From NCBI RefSeq assembly GCF_009914755.1, contig NC_060929.1: DNA of 64,000 nucleotides, one strand, 5' to 3'. The DNA is from the human T2T-CHM13v2.0 reference genome, Homo sapiens. The notes under the pieces were generated by a model. That model did not search any database and was not told where the DNA came from. It was given only the letters and a program-made list of their open reading frames with translations. Below, in pieces: positions 53,761 through 64,000 of this stretch (position 1 is its first letter; every line of letters starts with the position of its first letter). A program made the translations under genes and the position numbers.

Positions 53761-54987
53761 GACTCCATCAAAAAGCTCTTAGAGCTGATAAACAAATTCA
53801 GTAAAGTTTCAGGATCCAAAACCAACATGCAAAAATCAGTAGTGTTTCTATACGCCAATAACAAACAAGCTGAAAAATACATTAAGAAAGCAATTCCATT
53901 TACAATAGCTACAAAAAAAAAAACTTAGAAATAAATGTAACCAAGGCGGTAAAAGACCTCTATGCCATAAACGACAGAACATTGATGAAAGAAATTGAAA
54001 AGGACACAAATAGATATCCCATGTTCATGGATAGAAATAATTAATATTGTTAAAATGACCATACTACTGAAAGTAATCTACAGATTCAATGCAGTCCCTA
54101 TCAAAACACCAATAAAATTACTCACAGAAATAGAAAAAAAAATCCTAAAATTTGTGTGGAACAACAAAGGCCCTAGGTAGCCAAAGCATTCCTGAGCAAA
54201 AATTATAAAGTGAGAGGCATTGCCCAACCAGACTTCAAAATATACTACTAAGCTAAGTAACCCAAACAACATGTTACTGGTATAAAAACAGACACATATA
54301 CCAATGGAACAGAATAGAGAACCCAAGAATAATCTATCTATTTATAGCCAACTGATTTTTTGTGAACATGCCAAGAATATACATTGGGGAAAGGATATTC
54401 TCTTTAATAAATCATGTTGGGAAAATTGGATATCCGTATACAGAAGAATGACACTAAACTCCTATCTCTCACCATATACAAATATCAATTCAAAATGAAT
54501 TTAAAAACTTAAATATGAGACTCCAAACTGTAAAACTACTAAAAGAAAACACAGAAGAAACACTTCAGGACATTGGTCTACATTGGTCTAGCCAAAGATT
54601 TTATGTCTAAGACTTCAAAAGCATAGGCAACAGAAACAAAAATAAATAAATGGGATTATATGAAACTAAAAAACTTCTGCACAGCAAAGGAAACAATCAA
54701 CAGAGTGAAGAGATGACTTGTAGAGTGACAGAAAGTATTTGCAAACTATTAATCTGATAAGGGACTAATATCCAGAATATACAAGAAACTCAACAGGAAA
54801 AAAAAAGTCCCATTAAAAAGTGGGCGAAGGATCTGAATAGATATTTCTCGAAAGAAAACAAGCAAACGGCCAACAAATACATGAAAAAATGCCCAACATC
54901 ACTAATCATCAGGGAAATGCAGATCAAAACCACAGTGAGATATCATCTCACCCCAGTTAGAATGGCTATTATCAAAAAGGCAAAAAA

Positions 54988-55130
54988 TAGGTGTGGTGGC
55001 ATGTGTCTGTGATCCCAGCTACTCAGGAGGTTGGGGCCAGGAATTTAAGCTGCAGTGCGCTATGATCACACCTGTGATCACTGCACTCTAGCCTGGGCAA
55101 CATAATGAGAACCCATCTCTAAAAAAATAC
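54988..55130 (+). mobile_element. Alu monomer (FRAM/FAM-like) nested in L1
   Basis: Single right-arm-like Alu sequence. Confidence 0.75.
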
Positions 55131-55233
55131 TAATAATTAAACATTTTTAAGAAGACAAGAAATAAATGCTGACCAGGATTCAGAGAAAAAGAAACATACG
55201 CTGTTGGTGAGAATGTAAATTAGTACAGCTATT

Positions 55234-55567
<334 letters not shown>

Positions 55568-57062
55568 TTATGGAAAACAGTATGGAGGTTTCTCAAAAAC
55601 TGAAAATACAACTTCCGTATGATCCAGCAATCCCACTACTGGGTATTTATCTCCCCAGAAGGGAAATCAGTATATCAAAGAGACATCTTCACTCCATTGT
55701 TTATTGCAGCACTATTCACAATAGTCAAGGTATGAAATCAAACTAAGCATCCCTCAACAGATGGATAAAGAAAATGTGCTATATATACACAATGGAATAC
55801 TATTCTGCAACAAAAAGGGAATAAAATCCTATCATTGTAGCAATATGGACAGAACTGGAGGTCATTATGTTAAGTGCGATTAGCCAGGTACAGAAAGACA
55901 AATATTGCATGATCTCACTCATGTGGGAGCTAAGAAAGTTGATCTCATGGAGGTAGAGAGTAGAAAAAAAGTTGAGATTAGGAAGGGTGTGGTGGAGTGA
56001 GTAAAGTGAGGTTGGTTAAAGGGTAGAAACACAGAAAGAAGGGATAAGTTCTAATGTTTAATAGCATGTAGGATGGCTATAGTTAACAATAATTTATTGT
56101 ATATTTAAAAATAGCTGCAAGAGAATATTTGAAATGTTCACAACACAAAGAAATAATAAATGTTTGAGGTAATGGATATCCTAAATACATTGATTTGATC
56201 CTTACACATTGTATGCATGTACCCCAGAAATATGTATATTTATTAGATATCAATAGTTTTTTAAAAGTTAAAAAGGAACAAAACCATGAAAAATTTATAG
56301 TAAGCTAAGATTAATTTATTATTTAAGAAATATTTTTAAAAATACATTTGGGGTAGCCTAAGTGTACAGTGTTTATAAAGTCTACAGTACTAGACAGTAA
56401 TGTCCTCAGCCTTCACATTCACTCACCACTCACTCACTGACTCACCCAGAACAACTTCCAGTACTGCAAGCTCTGTTCATGGAAGTGCCCTAGACAGGTG
56501 TACCATTTTTAATCTTTTATACTGTATTTTTACTGTATCTTTTCTGTGTTTAGATACCAAAGTACTTCCCATTGTGTTACAATTGCTTAGAGCATTCAGT
56601 ACAGTAACATGCTATGTTTATAATCTAAGAGTAATCAGCTATACTGTACAGTCTAGGTGTGTAGTAGGCAATACCATCTAGGCTTGTGTAAGTATATTCT
56701 ATGATTTTCATACAACAAAATCACCTAATGATGCATTTCTCAGAACTTATTCTTGTCTGTTAAGCAACATGTGACTGTGTTTTATTCTTATTTTTAAATT
56801 TTACATCATCTTTTCAAGGAAACCTCTGGAAAAAAAAATTATACCAAAATTTTCACTGCCCACTCAAAGTGGTCTATTTTTACTGTTTATCTTACAACTG
56901 AAGAGACTATCCATGCCTTGCTAAATTCTACTTTAGCTGCTGAGTCTGTCTATATACTTAATAAATTTACTGTCATTCAAATTACATAATAAACATAGGA
57001 GCTTACAATTACTTTTCTAGGATAAAATCTATGCAGGAAGTTTGTCTCAAGAGAGGAATTTT

Positions 57063-57366
<304 letters not shown>

Positions 57367-57423
57367 TTAATAAGATAATCCTTATGGATACTAAAATATT
57401 AGCTTTCTTTGGGAAGTATAACT

Positions 57424-57848
57424 TCTGTCAATGAGATTACCAATATTTGCCAATATTTTCAGTCTTCCTGTCTTTTCTGGATATGTAAAATTCTACATTT
57501 CTTAGTTCTGCAAGTTGAGCAGGGCCATGTGACTATATCTACCAATGGACAGTGACCAAAGGTGATATGTATCACTTCCATGCCAAAGCATGTAAGAGTC
57601 AGTGTATGATTTGCCCATCCATACTGTCTTTTCTGGAACAAAGAGCCCTGAGATATCACATTGAAATGGAGACACCAGGAAAAGGGAGCAATCTGGAATG
57701 TTGAGTCACTATGTGAAGGGCTGACATGGAGAAACTCCTGCACTCTTGGCAGATTTGCCTGAGTAAGAAACTGTCATGTGATAGGACTCTCAGATTTTTG
57801 TTTAGTTTATAACTATCAGCATTATTCCCTAGCCTATCCTGACAAACA
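57424..57848 (+). mobile_element. MLT1I/J-type MaLR LTR
   Basis: gggccatgtgacta...ccaatgga...gtatcacttcc...cctagcctatcctgacaaaca. Confidence 0.7.
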
Positions 57849-58070
57849 GAATCTGTACCTAACTTGGTTTGTTGTGTTAAAAGTTTTCATGGCCTTTTGT
57901 GCTCCCATACATTAGATGAACAGTTGTATATACATTTTCAAATTTTCCAGTAAGGAAGTATTTAATATGATAAACATTTCAATTAATAATTTGTTCTATT
58001 AGTCTCTAGTACCAACTTAAGATGTCAAATTTCTAATCTAAATGAACAATACTTTTAATTACATATATAA

Positions 58071-58460
<390 letters not shown>

Positions 58461-58499
58461 AGGTACATTTGTGTATGCAGTCTTCTTTTTAAATATTTT

Positions 58500-58645
58500 T
58501 AAAAATATTATTTTAAAAAATATTTTGTAGAGACAAGCTTTCACTATGTTTCCCAGGCTGGTCTCGAACTTCTGGCCTCAAGCGATTCTTTTGCCTCAGC
58601 CTCCAAAACTACTGGGATTACAGCATGAGCCATCATGCCCAGCTA
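58500..58645 (-). mobile_element. FLAM/Alu left arm
   Basis: Antisense monomer. Confidence 0.8.
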
Positions 58646-58674
58646 TACAGCCTTCTAATTTACTAAATAACGTT

Positions 58675-59090
58675 GATGTGCTTGATCATGTTCCCTGGAA
58701 AACAGACCCTGAGAAGGAGATTTGCATGCAGGAATATTTATTCGAGAATGCTCTTAGAATCAACACTGGTGAAATGCAGGATTGAGTAGAGGGAGAAGTT
58801 CACTGTGATGTACTTACAATAAAGCCTAAGCTGACCCTAGGATGGCTCTAAAGCTAGAGTGGCACTTTAGAGGCATCCCAAATGAAGGCAGGGGGTTGAA
58901 CCTCTGTATGTACATCAATGGCCACTCATTTATCTAATGGCTGACTCCTGGAGATGAGTGTGACCTTGAGTAAGGCTGAGAGCAATTCCTGTATGGAGCT
59001 GATATTTTGAGAGCTGTCAGCCAACGTCATTCCCAGAAGCTGAGCAAAGAATTCTTTCAGCCCTGAAAAGGAATCTGGGTAGTATAGCTG
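58675..59090 (-). mobile_element. LTR16-type ERVL LTR
   Basis: ttccctggaaaacagaccctgagaaggagatttgcatgcagga.tatttatt...agagggagaagtt.actgtgatg. Confidence 0.65.
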
Positions 59091-60028
59091 TGTTCAATAC
59101 AACTGATAATCATAAAGGGACATGTATCTATCTGAAGTTGTTAGATGATCACCAACACCACCACCACCACCATCATCATTGTCATCATCATCACATTTAC
59201 ACTGATAACTTTAGTATGTGCCAGGCACTTGTCCTAAGTGCTTCGAAATAATATATTAACTTGTGTAATTCTCATGTTAACCCTATAATATAATCTTAAA
59301 TTCTTTGTCCTCAAAAATAAAAATCAATATAAGTGCTTTTTCTGTAACACATTCCAATCCAGAATGCTTTACTAATGACCATTCAGTAATTTCCATTGTA
59401 TGTTATTTTATCCATCATGAACAGCCCCATTTGGTGATAGTCATTGGCCAAGATAGTTACTTTTGCTCATGGGTTGCATCTTCTAAATAATGGATGGTAT
59501 TATGATGTCTGTAATTTACTTTCAAATAAATGATCACAGATAATATGATACTGTGTGGATATATGTGTGTGTGTGATATTATGTGTGTTAATTTAGGCTA
59601 TAAGTGCACTTGTTTGCCATAATTAAGAAGTCACATTCCCATGTATGGTCAGAAAGTATTTAATCAAAAGGCCGCACTCCAGAGGAAGCTATGTCAAGTG
59701 CTCAAGTCGTACTTATCTTGAACAACGCTATAATTTTTCTAATTAGTATATTGAATATAAGCAATGTGGCAATGTGTTTTCACTGGTGAAATTAGTGTTG
59801 TTCAAAGTGTGTGCATTGGCTAATATATTTTAGACATTCTGCCTTTGCAAAATGGGTTGTAAAAATCTAGTAAGCATCATAATCTTTATCCTTAGGAATG
59901 GCATCCAAGGTTTGATTTCTAAAATGTCCCGTATCTAGCTATTGATTCCATGGATTCTGGTTGCCTAAATCCTGCCTCAATATTGCCGCGTTTGCCTTAA
60001 ATGAACTTTCATACATGTGGTAGTCATA

Positions 60029-60405
60029 TATGATAGCCAGCCTCCAAGTTGGCCGTCAATGACCTGACACCAATGATCCTTAGTGTTCATCTCTTTTTAT
60101 AGTCTCTTCCCATATCAAATAGAGCTGGTCTGTGTAACCAATAAGATATTCTGGAAACGTGAAGATTAATTCGTCAGTAATGTGAGTGAGCCATCTTGGA
60201 AGCAGACCATCCAGTCCCAGTTAAGCCTTAGGTAACAACAGCCCTGGCCAACATCTTGATTCATGAGAGACCCTGAACCAAAACTATCCAGCCAACCTAC
60301 TCTCAAATCCCTGACCTACAGAAACTCTGATATAATAAATATTTATTGTTGTTTCAAGTCACTAAATTTTGGGGTAAATTGTTGTGCATCATGGATAACT
60401 AATAC
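60029..60405 (+). mobile_element. MLT1F-type MaLR LTR (internally deleted)
   Basis: agccagcctccaag...gtgagtgagccatcttggaagcaga...cactaaattttggggtaa...gataactaataca. Confidence 0.78.
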
Positions 60406-60488
60406 ATGAAAGAGAGAATTGGATGTTAATTGAGTTTATTGAAGAGATTATATGAATTGTTGTGTGTATGACTCCCTGTCAATAACTG

Positions 60489-60784
60489 TTTATTTTAATT
60501 TTTTGAGATGGAGTCTCACTCTGTCTCCCAGGCTGGAGTGCAGTGGCATGATCTTGGCTCACGGCAGCCTCCGCCTCGCAGGTTCAAGCGATTCTCTGCC
60601 TCATCCTCCTGAGTAGCTGGAATTACAGGCGTGTGCCAGGACGTCCAGCTAATTTTTGTGTTTTTTCAGAGACAGGGTTATGTCATGTTGGCCAGGCTGG
60701 TCTTGAACTCCTGGCCTCAAGTGATCTGCCCACCTCAGCCTCCCAAAGTGCTGGGATTATAGGCATGAGCCACCACATTCAGCC
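60489..60784 (-). mobile_element. AluS
   Basis: Antisense dimer. Confidence 0.92.
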
Positions 60785-60999
60785 ATAGTTTTTTAATGTT
60801 TGTGTGTACAACAGAATTTGGCCCAAGACTTGCTTTATTGTAACTTAGTAGCCAACCCTTTCACTCAACAGTTGGTGACTACCTTTATCTGTCAAAAAGA
60901 ACAAAATAGTTGTGTGTGACCAAACTTGCTTAGATCGTTTTGCAAGAGAGCCATATTAATTTTTCTATGATAAAAAAATCAAGCCTATGATGGCTTGAT

Positions 61000-62040
<1,041 letters not shown>

Positions 62041-62079
62041 ATGAGTTCAGGTGGCTACTAATGTCGCTTCAGAATGAGA

Positions 62080-62290
62080 GTGCCTAGTTTCAAATTTTGG
62101 CAGTTCCTAACTGCAATGTTAGGGACGATTTTATCTCATTTTTCCTTCGATTTGTTCTCTGTAAATTGGGAATAATAATTACCTTATAGAGTTTTGAAAG
62201 GATTAAATGAGCTAGTATACATTAAAGACTTAAAGCAGTCCTTAACACAGCAAGTACTTTATGCATATATGATAGCTACAAGTATGATTA
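62080..62290 (+). mobile_element. MIR SINE
   Basis: tctgtaaattgggaataataataccttatagagttttgaaaggattaaatgag. Confidence 0.75.
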
Positions 62291-64000
62291 TTAACATCCT
62301 TAGTCAATCTGTCATACTAGTTCCTTAGGCCATGGCCACCAGTTCCTTGGGTAAATTCATTCTTTACTTGTAGATGCCAAATTTCAACTGTCTGTGTAAG
62401 AAACAAGAAGCTATGTCAAAGACAAAAATTGAGGATGGAAGCATATAATTATTATTAGGTGGTGCAATTTTGACTTAGGTATAGGGATGCTAATGTTAGC
62501 CCCACATCACTGATATTTATTTGATATTTACTATTTATACAAAGAGACCAAAGGAGCAGATTTTGTATTTAATGAGGGAGAGCCTCAAAGAGTTCTATAC
62601 CTACCTTTTAGTAATGCATCGCAAAGAGTTGAGTCCACCATCTCTCCATAAGTTTTTGCTTTGGCTATTAATTTTTGGGATTCCCTTATTAATCTTTATT
62701 TGAGCCTCAAACAATGGTAAAATATTAACATCATATAAAATGCTATTGCTCTCTTTGGGCTATAGACCTTCCACACTAAGGCCCTGACTTTAAAATGCTA
62801 AAGCAATAGGTTTATAACTTTTGAATATTATATGTTAGAAACTATTGAGATGATATTCATTCTTATTAAACAGTAGAAATGTTCTTCATGCTCAGTGCAA
62901 AGGCAGCAATGGTTGGATTTATTTAGTTACTAATGCTTTTTACAGAAGTCGTGAATGTTAGCATTTTATTATATTCAGGGTCTCCACTTACAGACATGTC
63001 CATTGTAAGCTGCCATTGATTTAGGCAATAGGTCATAAACTGAAGAGTTGTTTTTGGTTAAGTGTTACCAGTGATGCATTCTGTTCTTTGTTTACTACCA
63101 ACCACGCAAAACAATACTTTGTACTTTGCAAAGAAACTGAGATCACCCAGTCCTTGCAACTTAGGTCATTTCAGTCTGGGTGAAAAAAAAAACTCTTTTC
63201 AACTCTTTGCCAGTTCCTCCTGGCTTTTTGAGAAGGAGATACCTCTGAAAGAAAATAGATCAAAGTTACATGAGACTAAGGGCAGATCATATAGCTATAC
63301 TTTGTAGTCTGTTGAAAACAGAACTAGCTTTACTGGAAAAGAGATCTACTGTTGTAGCTATAAGGGGCAGAGGGAAGGTTAGAGGGAAGGTTACTAACCT
63401 AAAAATCCAACCACCATCCCTCTACTAGTTTGTCAGACTTTAATATTCCACCATCAGAAATTCATTTTAAAACATAATTTAAAAGATTTTAAAAGATAAT
63501 TCCTTAAAGCAGTCACCTGTGGAAAAAAGTGAATTCTCTATCAAATCCTTTTCCTGAAAGTGAATTTCCTGAAAGCACTAAGACTGAGAGGTAACACTGG
63601 CTCCTGAAGTTCGGATTTGACTGTAGGGGTGCTGTGGAGAGGAAAGGTTGGAAGAGCACAGACTGCTTTTGAAGAGAGGCTAGCAGGAAATCTCTGGCCA
63701 TGGAAAACAGTGATTTCAATGTGTAAAGACTATGAGGAAAAAGAGAAAAAGAAGTGGATTTTTTTTTAATTTGCTGTTCTGGACGTCTGTAATAGAAGAA
63801 AGGAAACATGTTACCTCTGCTGAGATAAAGTGAAGGGACACTCAGACAAGATTGGAGGGTCATTATCTTTTCATACCTAGAATGTGAGAACAACTTCACT
63901 TCCCTAAATATTCTGGTCTTTAGTTTTTGTCTGATTATTATTATGCCAAATTCATTCCTATTTATAAAGTGATTAGTATATACAAAGCCCCTTGAAAGTA

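Noticed and set aside
63370-63394. Short tandem AGGGAAGGTTA x2
   Set aside because: Ordinary slippage duplication with no further structure

Overview
This is primate (most likely human) genomic DNA: AT-rich, about half interspersed repeats, with one CpG island at about 27.4-28.8 kb. The island is a bidirectional promoter. On the minus strand, a first exon ends in a Kozak ATG immediately followed by a GTGAGT donor (27771-27773), and an intron runs past the left edge. From recall of the 5'UTR and gene layout this is TMEM161B exon 1. On the plus strand there is a spliced divergent lncRNA (TMEM161B-DT/AS1-like) with a 5S rRNA retropseudogene about 5.5 kb downstream. No other protein-coding exon is supported, and the ORF track is mostly Alu/L1/ERV remnants and chance ORFs. 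I found no new protein-coding system. The most interesting signals are: (1) a ~97-bp duplicated splice-acceptor module embedded in a palindrome-rich TAGA microsatellite in the lncRNA; (2) several direct-plus-inverted template-switch scars, one creating a TGACCC-n6-AGGTCA (ER6) nuclear-receptor element and one apparently removing the AATAAA-containing motif of a gene-sense LTR8; (3) a tRNA-like segment inside an ERV; (4) an ATG-skipping alternative donor; (5) nested and ancient transposons. Gene names and repeat subfamilies come from memory of consensus sequences, not from searches, and repeat boundaries are approximate.
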